Shown here piece by piece: positions 49,144 to 62,827 of a stretch of 64,000 nucleotides of DNA (its first letter is position 1; each line of letters begins with the position of its first letter). The DNA is taken from positions 78,182,001 through 78,246,000 of the forward strand of contig CM097883.1 of the NCBI GenBank assembly GCA_044892505.1, in the 5' to 3' direction. The stretch is from Schmidtea nova (taxonomy: Eukaryota). The position numbers and the translations under genes were made by a program. The notes under the pieces are model-generated. The model was given only the letters and a program-made list of their open reading frames with translations, was not told where the DNA came from and ran no database searches.

Positions 49144-50879
49144 TAATTATCGTAATTTTAATAGTATAAACCTAAAAATGTAAAAATAAATTGTAAAGTT
49201 AAAGTTAAAATAGTTAAAATTTACTTAAAATATTAAATTTTGATAAAAATAAAATTTATTAAAGTAATGAATAAAATTTTATATATAAATATAAACTTAT
49301 TTTAGTAAAAATAAAATATTTAACTTTTAAATTAAATTAATTTTGGGCTGGTAAAAGTGAGGTTAAAGTTTTGTTTTGATGCGTCGAAAAAAATACACAC
49401 AAAAAGAAATGAATTCAAAGTTCACAGTAACACATAAGAGAAGTAAGTAGAAAAAATATTACAAAAAACATAGAATACTAAAAAACAAATTGTAGACATG
49501 TGAACCACATTTCAAAAGTCTGTCAAGTTAGAAATAACTGACAGCCAAAACCATTATGATCCGAAAGAATAAATTAAGCAAGATCAGATGACGTCGTTTA
49601 CAATTAAAGCGACAAGCATGAAACCTAAAAAACAGAGTCAGCGAAGGAATTTAAGAATGGAGTTGAATGACAGACAGTGAGTTATCATCAAGGAAGGAGA
49701 TTCATGTTGTGAAAATAAATCTTAAATGTTTTGTCTCTAGTTTCTTATGATTTTATAGTTATTGCAATTGAAGTGGAAATTTTCAGTTGATGAGAAAACT
49801 TTGTTTGACATACTATTTGTGATAATAGATTTGATGAGGTCAGATTTATAAAATTATCCTTTTGCTTTGTTATAGATGCGCAATCATGGTGACGGAGGGA
49901 AAAGGAACGAGGAGAAGCCGATAGATTAAGAATAAAAGCAAAGGATAAGATAAACAATTCGTTGCAGAGATGCCGGAGACTTGAACACACGTAGTTTAGC
50001 CTGACAAAATGTGGAGAACTCAGCATAAAAGGAGCTAGAAATTCAGTCATTGAAAGTAAGACTCAGCGAACAGACGTTTGCAGAAAACCAAGAGTTGATA
50101 AACCAAGCTATTAAAAAGGATTTAAAACCTCTAACATAAGTTGAGAATGGCTTAATCCCAAATGATTGTTCAACGATTCTACAAGACTAAACTAAAGGAA
50201 ACCATGTGAAAAATTCAAATCCTAGAAAAGTTGAGAGGAAAACACATAATTTAAGAAAGATGGTGAGTATCGCCGCACACATTAGTTTTGATTAGCTGAA
50301 TTCAAATTATCTTTTTAGTAAATAAAATTTTCTTCTTTTATGAATTTTGTATTTTATTTAATTTGTTTTGATCCTTAAAATTATAAGCATTAAAAAGAGC
50401 GATATTGTTAGAGATGATTAAGCTGAGAAGGGGTGTCGATAAATTTTAGGAACATTTACATTTAACAGTTTTGATTAATTTCCACTGTAAAATATTTATT
50501 GGAAACTAATGAGGAATAAAAAGAGATTAGTTACATAGCGATGGGGCCATAATAAAGAGTATCAATAACCATCTATCGGTGGTATCGGAACGCAATAAAT
50601 CGCCTGGACATAAGCAGTCGAGAAAACACTGCTCGCCTTTCGTAGACATATTCAACCCCTTGGTACAATACCAACGTTGTCTAATGATAACGAGTCGGAT
50701 GGATAAGTTATTTTCATGTTGGAGCATTGTAGGTTAGTTACGAAGCAAGAATCTATATAGTCTAGTAAAAGTTTAATGACCATAACCCAGCAAAGGTTAT
50801 AAACGTTTTGTCAAATTTATTCATCTTTATTTAAAAATTTCCTTTATAAATCGCAATTAAAAATATTAATTATATAAAT

Positions 50880-51052
50880 CAGGGGTCTCAAACTCAAAGT
50901 CTAACGCGGACCGTGTGTGACAAAAAGCATAACCCCAGCGGCGCACTACTTAAAATCTTTATACAATGATTAAAACACATAAATCTAGTAGTTAAGAAAG
51001 GAAAACTTAAGATCCATGTGCTTCATTTCAGGACGCGTGTTTGAGATCCCTG
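50880..51052. mobile_element. hAT (Charlie-like) MITE
   Basis: TIRs CAGGGGTCTCAAAC / GTTTGAGATCCCTG with a perfect 8-bp TSD ATATAAAT. Confidence 0.9.
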
Positions 51053-51403
51053 ATATAAATTATCATATCCTTGACAGTAAAATATATTATTTAAATATAA
51101 TTTTTTTAAATAACATATCGAAATTTTTTCTAATTTAATTGATAATTAATTATCTAATTAAAATAATTTGAATGTAAAATAAAATAATTGTGTGAAATTG
51201 CAAAAAAATATTGCTTGAGAATTAAATGTTGTGAAAGACTTATAAATGGATATTATAAATTTCAACACTGTCAAGAACTATAGAATTGTTTTAATATATC
51301 TCAAATTTAAATTTCTTTCTTAATATTCGAAGTCATTAATTTATAAAATGTAAGTTTTTGCTTTAGTTTGATTATAATTCATTTAATTTTTTTTAGTTTA
51401 TAA

Positions 51404-52353
51404 ATGAATGACAACAATCAGTATATGGTTCAAGTTGGAGATTATGATCAGAACACATACATCATTCAAGACGCAAATGGCGTTCAATATGATGGCAGTG
51501 CAATAATATCCGGTGACATTGCTGATGGAAATAACCTAGTAATTAAAAAATATAATTGTATAAAAATTTAGCTAAAAAATTATAATAGATAAGTGAACCT
51601 CGATGGATACAACAAAATTCAGGAAGAGGTGGCAAAATTATGACAAAGTTAATTTTTAAATTAGACTTTTTGAGTTAAATAATAAAATTAAGCCAAGCAT
51701 TTGTAAATGGTGGTGATTTGGTATCAGTAAATGGTACAGGGTTGAATCTGAGCACCAGATTTACTCCTTCATCAATTGTTTTCAATTCAGCTACTGCTGG
51801 CCAATTTGATCAGGATAGCTTGAGGATGGCATCAGCTGTCACTGGAACAGGTGGAAGGGGGCGGCCAAGGGGAAGAAAACCATCTCGAGTGAATAACATC
51901 TGAAATGAATAAATAGTTTAATATTGTTATTATTTCAGGGCAATTTTCCCGTCGTTCCAATAGATATGGTGAGACAATTGGGAATCGAGCAGCAGGTAAT
52001 CCTCCAACCAACGGTACCAGTTGCAACAAAGAACAAATCCATTCAAACGTCCACAATACAAATGTCGAAGAAAACCCAATGCAATGATATTGGGATTAAT
52101 GATATCTCTCTCAATTCTGCAGGAACCACAGAATCCAGTTAGTTGTTTTCATTATGTATCTGAATATTGCATAAATAAAATAATTATTAAATGTCAATGG
52201 AATTAATTATGACAATTTTAAAAAGTACATTTATTTCACTAATAAAATTGATCATTAAATTGTTTACAGAAAGAATATGGCAAATTTTAATTTTTAAAAA
52301 GTAACTTTATTTCATATAAATGTGCGCAATTTGTTATTTTATTGCACAGAAAT

Positions 52354-52429
<76 letters not shown>

Positions 52430-55400
52430 GCTTCTAGTTGGTTTTAGGTTGAATAACTTTTTTAATGAAAGCCTACAGTTTGACTGTTTTAATATTGTTT
52501 TCGGGAAATCTATCTATCTTATCCAATTCAATCTACTTCCATCTGGATGCTTTGTCTGACATTTCATTTCCTCCCATTCTTTCATTCATATTTTCTTCCT
52601 TTCATCTGATAATACTGCCGATAGATAACAGAACATGATACATTTGGACTACTACAGGCTACTGAATTCCTTGAATTGCAATTATTATAAAAATTCCTAA
52701 CCTCATAAATTAATTGACGAGTTTTGTTCAAAATAAGCTTTTATTAATTACATTGCTCTCGCGTAAAATACGGTAACCTCCAGCATTTTATCCGACTCCT
52801 TCAAAAGTTTTGATTTCTTGATAAAATTTATTTTAAGTCAGACTCGTAATACATCAATCTTTGTCATTAATTAAAAATCAGCAGCATAAAAATAGGGTGG
52901 CAGAAACAATCAATGCTTCAGGAGATAGCGGAGCTTTTTTCATTATAAAACATTTCTTAAAATTTCTCTAAAAGACCGTTTATTCAACCAATATTCCGAG
53001 AATGTTCCACTTGTACATTGAAAATGTTGTTATATACAGTAAAAACTATCCATCATGTGTCTTTATAAGTTTCCTCCATTAACATTGTACCTTTGTGAAA
53101 CCTCTCACTTCATTAAAATAACTAAGATTGTACGGAAATTTCTGTAAGTGGCTATGATTATTATTTACCTTTATGCACATATTACAACATAAACTTTCAA
53201 AGATAGTGAATATGTTTTTTTACCAATTCCTTCATCATTATCGGCTGTGATTACTAAAAAAGGATCGCGGCCAATTCACCGAAAAACTATTTATCGATTA
53301 ACCAAATGAAATATAATTAAATTAAAATTATTATGGATATTAGGAATGTCTTTAGAAAAAGCGTATTTTTTTCTTTAACACTTTACGGAGGGGTGATGGG
53401 TAGGATTTCTACTTTTAATTCATTTATTCTTTAATAACGAACACAGAAATAAAATTTTAACAAAAACATATTTCCCTGAAATTGATTGTTTATATTAATT
53501 CTCTGTAAAAATGTATATGAAAATAATTTTTACTTTCTATTTTATTTTTCATGAAGATAATCTGATGACCCATACGTTCAACATTAATCAAGCAAACACG
53601 ATTGAATTCATATACAACAATTATACTGGATTACATAACACACCATAAGGGCCAGGACAAACAAATATCTCATTACAATTAGAAAACAAAGATCAACAGT
53701 GAATAAAATTAATTATTTGTTGATTTACTGAAATTAACATTTATTTAAAATGAATCTATTAAAAAATATGTTAAACAATATAAATAATCTTTTATTATTT
53801 CTGTTAAACGTTGAAAATCTGTCAATGGAAGAAGTTAGACACTTAAGATATGTTTGGTAAGGATCACGAACACTTCACCGAAAACAAATTTACCTAAATG
53901 CCAATTCACCGAAAAACAATTTATCGAATAACCAAATGAAATGGAATTAAATTAAAATTAATATTATGGATATTAGGAATGTCTTTAGAAAAAGCGTTTT
54001 TAGTCTTTTCTTTAACACTTTACGGAGGAGAGATGAGTAGGATTTCTACTTTTAATTCATTTATTCTTTAATAACGAACACAAAAATACAATTTTTAACA
54101 AAAAACATGTTTCCCTGAAATTGATTGATTATATTAATTCTGTAAAAATGTATAAGGTAGTTGTCTACTTTATCTTTGACAAATAAATAACCGTAACGAT
54201 TTAATTTTGGTTTCCCTTTTTCACTATTTATTAACTCCAACTCCATGTCAAACCAGGGTTATATTATAACTAAACTCTTAGTAGTAAGAAAAGAAAGCAC
54301 CCGAAAACATTAAGAAATATGAATTCTAATATTATAACAATTTGTTGTATAATTTATATAATTCATGTAGGTAAAATAAGTATTATAATAAACATTACGG
54401 CATCAGTTATAATTTTTGTGAAAGTTGTATCGTCAGAGTTTATGAATTTAAGGATCGTCAAAGATTTTTATTTTTAGCTTTTCATTACTCAGTCCAGGAA
54501 ATAATTTGCAAATATATAAAAAGCCTCAGCAGGCCAAGTTTGACATTGGTAGTGGATGAATGATATTGACTATGTCATCCAATTGGTTGTTAATGATATT
54601 TCCTGCACTCACATTCATGTCGTCTCTTACAGGCCCTACTATCTCACAAGCAGCGGAACTAATAGTACAGTGTNNNNNNNNNNNNNNNNNNNNNNNNNNN
54701 NNNNNNNNNNNNNNNNNNNNNNNNNNNNNNNNNNNNNNNNNNNNNNNNNNNNNNNNNNNNNNNNNNNNNNNNNNNNNNNNNNNNNNNNNNNNNNNNNNNN
54801 NNNNNNNNNNNNNNATGTGAGAAATTAGGAAAAATTATGTAAAGGCATTTTCACCTATGCTAATGTTCTTGCTCCATAGATGAAGCATGCGCAAATCATT
54901 AACACAAATTTCTCTGACTGTATAAATACAATATCGAAATAATTCATTGTATTACTGCATTATCTCAGAAAATAGTCAATTCAACAAAATTATGCCATTT
55001 TTGTATTCAGCATTTTAAAAATTTCCTAATTTCGTTTAAACAACCTTGGCAATGAAACCAGAGAAATTTGGTGTTGAGTGTTTTATATTACTATCTAAAA
55101 TATATACTATACAAAATATATAAGTTCTTAATAGTTAACATTGCATAACAGCTTTACAAGGAATATATGGTTAAATTGCATAAATGATGTGGAAACTGAT
55201 TGTCAGGTAACATTTAAATAATTTCATGTTGCCTATTTGTTATTACTACCGTCTTTTTCCGAAAACAAGACACTGTCTTATTTTCTTTTTTAGTCCAAAA
55301 TACGCGCTAGGTCTTATTTTCGGGGGAAAGACAAAATATAAGTATATTTATAATTTTTTATTTTATATCATTTTACATTAAACAAAGAAATACAAATTTA

Positions 55401-58222
55401 TTCAATTACAGTTATGTCATCTTCTGGAACATCGTCAAAAATAAAATTCTGAATTATATTCTGATTTTCTTCCAAATCTAATTTCTGTTGAATCATAGGT
55501 CCAAATCTCTCATGTCTTGAGATATAGCTATCGTTGAATGAATACTTCTTGTCTAAGTAACCTGTTCGTAATGCAATTGAAACATCACTATCAGTTATTT
55601 TGTTCCATGAATTTTTTACCCAATTCACAATTTCTTGTAAACCTGGTTTTACAAAATCACCATTCTTTTTTCAATATATTCATTGATTTCTTCACGCAAA
55701 GAATCCTTGAATGGCTTGTTTATTGCAATGTCAAGTGTCTGGAGGTAACCAGTCATTCCTGTCAAGATCATTATTTGATCAATCTTCCTCTGCAAGAAAG
55801 TTTTTCGTGTCTTTAGCACGATGAGTACTAATAACCCTCTATTCTGGCCTCTTAACAATGGTGGCAGCACAAAATCAACCCATTTTCTAATGACTGCTTG
55901 GGTGCACCAGGCCTTTTCACTTTCAATTATATAAATTCCAGAAACTCGTTGAATTTGGTCTTTTTTGCCTTTAGTGATTAAAAATAGCGATACTTTCTTG
56001 CCATCTAAACGAATCGCCAAAATACAGTTAACACGTGCACTATCGTAACCAGTAGAAGGAACATAAATTGACGAAGAAGCCTTGTAGTGGATAGTAGTTT
56101 GAGCTCCTTGGCCTAAGAATACAGCAGTTTCATCGATAGCAATCATGTTGGAAAGTTGGTATTTCGAAAAATCGATTCCATCAACAAAAAGCTTAAACGA
56201 AAGTGCACGATTAACAACTTTATTGTCTTCTAGCTTAGACAATGTTGTCGATCTCCTTAGAGACAGCTCATATCGATCAAGAAAGTTGTTCAACCAGTGT
56301 GATGACGCCTTAAATTTTTCTGTGGATATATCGAATTCGACAGCTGTTTTAAGCGCAAATTTTTGAATGTCAGCTCTGCGTACAACCAAAGCCATGGCTC
56401 TCCTGGCTGCGATCCATTCCCAGATGCAATCTTCCAACTCAGAAAATAACGGCTGGCGACCGGATCCAACTCTGCGTTTTTTCTCATTTCCTTGGTCCAC
56501 CAGTTGACACAAGTAAATATAGTCTGCATGCCATCTACGAACCATACGAAGGTCCAGCATCTTCTCTTTACAGAATGCTACAAGATTCTTACCTTGTGAG
56601 TCTTCCACAATTTCGTTTTCGTACTCGACAGAATAGCCTTTTCGCTTTGTACTCATTTTAATTGGGATTAAAACTTATTTGCTAAAGTAAATAAAATCGA
56701 TATGAGGAATTAATCAGAATTGCAGAGCCAAAATTAATAAAATAGTATGCCTCATTTTTGCTCAATGTAGATTGCTACTTTATGCTGTATTTTATAGAAA
56801 ATTTTCAAGAATTTATTTTAAACGAACTGCAGATGTAAATAAATAATTTCTTTAAATATTTTGTCTTAAACCTAATTTAAATATGAGTATTGGTAAACCT
56901 TGACATATAATTTCTTATAATAGATTAATAAGCAGCATTTTCTAACAAATTCTTTCAGTAACGTTAGTTAACTAGGGCTTATTTTTGGGGGATGTCTTAT
57001 TTTACAAAACGTTAAGAAAATTAAGCTAGGGCTTATTTTCAGAAAAAGACGGTATAAATATTTATTTAATTGTTTTACAATATCTCACAAAATTATCTGA
57101 AAGATGAATAAATCAATTGCTTTTTGGTATTTTTGTTATTTGCTACTGATGCCGCATTATATTGACTTGATATTGATACTCATACGGTCCTGTAAATGCA
57201 TTTCTAGATACAAAATGCATACACGTTCCAGTATTTATTCCGATCCCTGTACCAGTTTATATACCAATTCCAACATTTGTTAGAGAAAAACCCAAACCAA
57301 AGGATTTGGAAATTGTTCAGGAAGTAAATCCTGACGAAACAGAACTAATTGTGGAATATGAAGCAACAAATGGGAATAAAAATATTATATCGGTTGAGAC
57401 TTCATCGATAGATAATTTAATAGATAAATCTGTAGAAGAAGCTAATGCTAATGCAGTTGATGTGTTAATGTCAATAGAAGAATCACCGATAAAAGAGGCT
57501 TATGTGAATCCTTCTTCTGTTGTATTTTCTCAAGATAAACATATTACTATTTCCACTGAAGAAGGATCAGCTCCGTCGAAAGAAACTCCAGTAGAAGTGA
57601 AAGAAGCGCCAGTAGAATATAAAGAAACGCGAGTAGATTATAAAGAAACTCCAGTAGAATCTAAAGTGAATCATTATTGTTGAAGAGATTTCATTAATCG
57701 ACATAATAACAGAAACGTCGACTGAGCGATACGGAATCGATGCCGACTAAAATCAGGAAAACTGAAGCAACAGTAATAGAAAAGAAAGAGACCGATCCAT
57801 GCAAATTGAAATATTCCTACGGAATCAACGCGTGGCGTCACTGGTCTAAAAATCTCGATCTATTGAAATTGAATGTCACGGAAATCAATAAATATTTGAT
57901 TGAATTCGTTCAGAAGATCCGTAAACCAACAAATGAGCCTTATGCTCCAGATTCTATATTTTATTTGTGTCTAGGTAATCTGGCCAAGGATTTCTCTCTT
58001 GATCTTAATTCTATTATTATAATAGGCATTCAATTGTTTTTATTGGATCATAAAAATGAACTGAATTTGTTTGTTGATCCAAGATTGTTGGGATTTCAAA
58101 GTGAATTGAATAAAATTTTGGCTACCTTAAAACCGAAACTCACAGAAAATCACTCGTTTCTTTGTCGTATCGAGGAAGATCACCTGTGGGAATCGCGACA
58201 GCTCGGCTGTCATGATCCTGGA
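51404..58222 (+). CDS. Second copy of the ZMYM-like gene (exons 1-7; last two exons not found in the window)
   Basis: Exons 51404-51538, 51589-51647, 51693-51888, 51939-52137, 57208-57665, 57713-57974, 58026-58222, with the same lengths and phases as copy 1 and open frames. Confidence 0.8.
52361..52426. repeat. (TA)n microsatellite
   Basis: Long uninterrupted TA run; similar runs at 27502-27547 and around 37000 and 38980. Confidence 0.95.
53255..54250 (-). mobile_element. Mutator-like (FLYWCH) element ends, duplicated
   Basis: About 250-bp direct repeat (53270-53520 / 53900-54135) starting GCCAATTCACCGAAAAAC; subterminal TTCACCGAA repeats; ORF 54061-54246(-) MELELINSEKGKPKLNRYGYLFVKDK resembles a FLYWCH N-terminus. 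Confidence 0.55.
55249..57052 (-). mobile_element. pogo transposon with near-complete, frameshifted transposase
   Basis: TIRs CCGTCTTTTTC.GAAAA.AAG, TA duplication; ORF 55649-56656: HTH FSELEDCIWEW..ASSHWLNNFLDRY, IAIDET, LQTLDIAINKPFK; empty site present at 35396-35397. Confidence 0.95.
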
Positions 58223-58899
58223 GTAAGTTATCTTCACTGAATTATATAAAAATTCTTCATCTGTAAATATTTATTGTTAACAGTGAAATTAAATTCTACA
58301 AATCGGGCTTATTAATTCCTTACAACGACTTGTCTACCAAACCCTTTACTCCAAATTACCAATTGAATAAGAAAAAATTAATTTTGTTAAAATTAATTAA
58401 AATAAGATTTAACTTTTTAGCTCGCCACAGCTCGGTTGCCATGACTCCGGAATAAGTTATTTTCCGTTATAATACTATCCAATATTTATTATTCATTCCC
58501 AAATTTTCAAATCTCATCTCAAAATTTTTTCTTTTTTAATTTAATGAAGAAATAAAATATTATAATCAAATGTTACCCTTTGAAGTTCGCACCAATTGTG
58601 AGGCATTTTCCGAAATTTGCTGGTATTTCTTTATTGGGTTACATTTACCATATCTCAATTTATTCAGTTCTCAGCACTTTATTATTAATATAATTTAATT
58701 ATTATCCAATGGAATTAATATAAAATTAAATATTGTTTTTAGTGTGAATAAATTGCCAATGGTCAACAAAATAAAATGCTATTCTATAGGTTGAAGGCAA
58801 AAGGGGATAAAATGATGGTGAAAGTACCTTTCGATGCTTCTGGTTTGAAGACACACTGGAAAAACATACTAATTGCCAACACCATTCTATATTCCAAGT

Positions 58900-60570
58900 T
58901 TACATAGTGTCATATTCTCCAAGTAACGAACAAACTAACACTATATTAAAACATCTTTCGACACAAAAATCTTTCACTTCAAACATAAAGAAAATAAAGA
59001 ATTCCAAAGACTTCTTCCATCTGATAAAATCAACCGACTACACAGAACAATGCAAAACTTTATTTGAAGAAAATTTATCGAATTATGAACCCGTAAACAA
59101 AATCATCTTACACGTATCCACTCAGAATTCATACATTAGGAAACTGCCAATGCTTACCAATAAACAAATCAACCTTAATATTAGAACTTACTCTTAATAT
59201 ACAAATTTAGTGTTTTCTTACCTAGTAATATGACTATGTTACCAAAAGACCACAAAAGTGCTTTAAAAGGTAGACCTCTTGTATCCGCAGTAGACACTCC
59301 TTCCACAACACTTTCTAGATTTCTTTCAGAAATCCTAAAAACACTCTTTTCTTTTGTTCCTTGTCAACTTAAAAACACAACAGAATTCGTCTCTGAAATT
59401 ACAAATACGTCTCTTCCGTTCAACTCAGAATATCAGTACCTTTTCGGATCTTTTGATGTCTCCAATCTTCGCGGATCTATCTCGCTTTACGGAGAGAATA
59501 ACATTTTTGATATCGCAGCCTCTTTGAAACTCATAAAGCCAGCACTGGCCTCGCAGACTTAGCTCAATTAGACTTTATAGAACTTCTAAAATTAGCAATA
59601 AATTCAGATACTGTCATAATTAAAGAAAAACCATTCAAACAAATTCATGGATTAGCCATGGGTAATAACGTTTCTCTCATCTTAGCCATCTTCTACATGA
59701 ACTTTATAGAATCTAAGATCATATCTTTTTTTGGGGACAAAATACTTTTCTGGAAACGATACATCGACATCTTCATAGTCTCCACAATCCCTCTCAATCA
59801 AATCCTATCACACGCAAATTCTACTAACACCAACATACAATTCACTTTTGAAACACCGAACGCAGAAAGTAAAATTCCTTATTTAGATACCTAAAAGGCA
59901 ATTTAGATACACTAAATTCAAACACTGAGCTATATTCAAAAAGTTTACATAGTGGTCATATCCTCCCACGGAAAAGGCAATTTCCACTTCAATATAGTAG
60001 AGAAAGAAAACAAGAAACTGTTCTGACGCAAACAAAATACAAGAAACATTAGAAAACTTCAAAATACGATTCTTTCAAAATGGATATCCTGAAGAATTTG
60101 TAACAAAATACTTCCTTAACGAACCATACCACAATAAACGCAACAATAGGAAACGCCAGAAACACAATAACAATAGCAAACACACAACATATCTACGATT
60201 ACCTTTCCTAAATGACACTACAGCCAATAAAATCAGAAACAAAGATGATTTGCCTATCCAAATCCGTCCTACTTTTGCCACTTCTGCACATTTTTAATCA
60301 CAAATTCGAAAGTCAAAAATATAGGGTTTTCCGATCTATTTGGATTTTTTCCCGATCATTTTGGAATTAAATTAGTTAATTAATCATTTATTTAATTCCA
60401 AATAGATCGAAAAACCCTATATCAAACATCTGCAAACATAAATGTTCTACAATAAGATGCTTTTGCTTTTTCCAAAAATATAGTATATAAACATAGCTGA
60501 CTGAGATGTGACGCTACTTACATAGGAGAAACACAGAACTTTTCGCACCCGAATTAATGAACACACTTAA
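58900..60570 (+). mobile_element. Decayed Penelope-like retroelement (RT + GIY-YIG endonuclease)
   Basis: LPKDHK..GRPLVS..SFDVSNL; HGLAMGNNVS..WKRYID; IQFTFE..IPYLD; C-terminal NIVYK..CDATYIGET..TRINEH. Confidence 0.9.
60322..60419. mobile_element. Short palindromic MITE inside the Penelope element
   Basis: TIRs TAGGGTTTT.CGATCTATTTGGA flanked by TA. Confidence 0.75.
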
Positions 60571-60916
60571 TGCATTGGTTTTCTCATTTTGTGGTTCTTT
60601 TCTTTTTTGCTGATTCTCAAGGTTGATACGTACTCTGACATTGGTTCTTTTCCAAGCTAGCTCTTTTATTGAGTTTCTGATGTTTCTCTCTAATTAAAGA
60701 TAATTCTAATTCATTGATCTTTAATCGATGAGTTACTGCTAACGACATATTTCCCTGATCTCCACTCTAAATAACTCTATTGAGTAATTCGTTAAGATTC
60801 CTTATAATTTATTCGTTGTCAGTTTCAAAGGATAAAACTCTCCCGTATGCTTTAAAAGTTTCATAATAATTATTCATAAATTCAAGAGCAGCTGCTGCCT
60901 TGAGTATCCCTTAGAC

Positions 60917-62827
60917 CAGGGCTGGGCAAACTTTTTTTAACTGGAGAGCCGCATTGGTATCTGTCCTATGCAAAGAGGGCTGCATCGGTACAATCGGTAC
61001 ATTGATAACAATAATTATATATGCTGCACCCTTCTCGGACTTGACATCGGACGCGCTTCTCCTGGGTTTGATTTTAAAATATTAAATCTTTTATTTATTT
61101 TATTCGTATTCGTTACTCTCTCACTCTTTTTATATTTTAAAGCCCTTCCTAAATAGAAAGGTTGATTTAATCACTTTTTTAAACATTTAAAACTCATTTA
61201 TTATCCTATACTAGGTTCAATATCCTCCACTATCTGACCAGGTGCTATTGGTTATAAATTATCATATCGAACCCTTACAGTAAGGAAATACGTGGTTGGT
61301 TCATTAAGTACCTGCAGTCGGTATCAAAAACAAAAGATATTGACAAAACACATTTATTTTTAGAATCTACGACATGCCTAGGCTTATTTTTCAATGTAAG
61401 AGCCATTGTTCTCAATACACTTTTTTCCAACGAACAGGAAGTTCTAAAACCCCGTTATTGTAGAACGATTTTGGTTTTTCGTCGAATAATTTTGTTACTT
61501 CCTCCTTTAGTGAATCACTAGAAACAAAGAATTTACCAGCCAAGTGTTTCTTCAAATGTCTAAATAAATAGAAATCACTTGGAGCCAGATCAGGACTATA
61601 AGCAGGATGTTCCAATGTTGAAAAGCCACATCGAACAATTTTCTCCGACACAAGTTTTGATGCATGAATTGGAGCATTGTCGTGAAGCAGTCACAAATTT
61701 GTGTTTTTCTTTTTTTGTCGAAGATTCCGAGTTTGTTCAATGAGATTAGAATAATAAACACTGTTAATTTTAACTTGTCTATCTGTGAAATCAATATTGA
61801 TTATTCCATCACTATCCCAAAAAATCGAGAGCATCAAATTTCGACGGTGAATGGTTCCAGATTTCAGCTTCTTTGTTGGATTTTCATCTAGAAACTTCCA
61901 TTCTGCCGAAGATCTTTTACTTTCTGGAATATAAAGACTTAGTGGTGTCTCGTCTTCCGTTATAATGTTTTTCAAAAATGACTCACCATGTTCCTCGAAC
62001 AGTGCAAGATTGTGTTCACAAATCATTAGCCTTTTTCACACAATTCAGCTGATAAAAAATAAGGAACAAACCTGCTGCACAACTTCCGCACACCCATCTT
62101 TCATGACACTAACCGACACTGACACTGACATTGACCTTCTTCGCCAAATGTTTTACTGTAATCCTTCGTTCGTCTTTAATTAACGATTCAATCTGATTTT
62201 TCTTTCTGTCTTCATCAATTTCAATCGGTCTTCCTTGCTTTGATTCATCAATAACTGACATTTTTCCACTTTTGAATTCACTAATCCAATAATAAATAGT
62301 TCTATCACATGGACATTCTTCTTTATACGTCTCTTGGAGCATTGCTAATATCTCTAGTCTTGAAGCCTCGCGCATTACAAAAAACTTAATCACCGACCGA
62401 TATTCAATGCTTAAAATTGCCATATTTTGAATGATTAAATATTTGCTCTAAACAAATATTGGTTAAATAAAACAAAATGAAGATTTCTAACCTGTTATAA
62501 ATTCTCTACAACGGAAACACAAAGTTATTATAATATCTCTTATTTTTGATATCGAGTGCAGGTACTTCGTGAACCAACCACATAGGAGGAAAAGCTTTAT
62601 TAAAAACACCCTTGTTTTTTGTAGAGTAGAGTTACATCCCTCTTATAACCACTTTTTAAAACATAGCTGTTATTGGTTTCAAATGTGATAGTTCAGTCTT
62701 CACTTCCCATAATTCTTGTGTTGTTTTGGACATTATAACATGACCATCATAATAAACAAAAACAAGCTTGTGTCCAAATCATTGACGGGCTACATGGGAC
62801 CCGTGGGCCGTAGTTTGCCCACCCCTG
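60917..62827. mobile_element. Non-autonomous hAT element carrying a nested mariner
   Basis: TIRs CAGGGCTGGGCAAACT / AGTTTGCCCACCCCTG; perfect 8-bp TSD CCTTAGAC (60909-60916, 62828-62835). Confidence 0.9.
61291..62582 (-). mobile_element. mariner (DD34D) transposon, full length, inactivated
   Basis: About 40-bp TIRs GTGGTTGGTTCA..AAGTACCTGCA.TCG.TATCAAAAA, TA duplication; transposase 62423-61412: YRSVIKF..GRP, ITEDET, LHDNA, HPAYSPDLAPSDFYLF. Confidence 0.95.

Noticed and set aside
47676-54828. ORFs containing X runs (47676-47864, 54556-54828, 54560-54820) and the YI-repeat ORF 52320-52559
   Set aside because: Artefacts of N gaps and of a (TA)n microsatellite.
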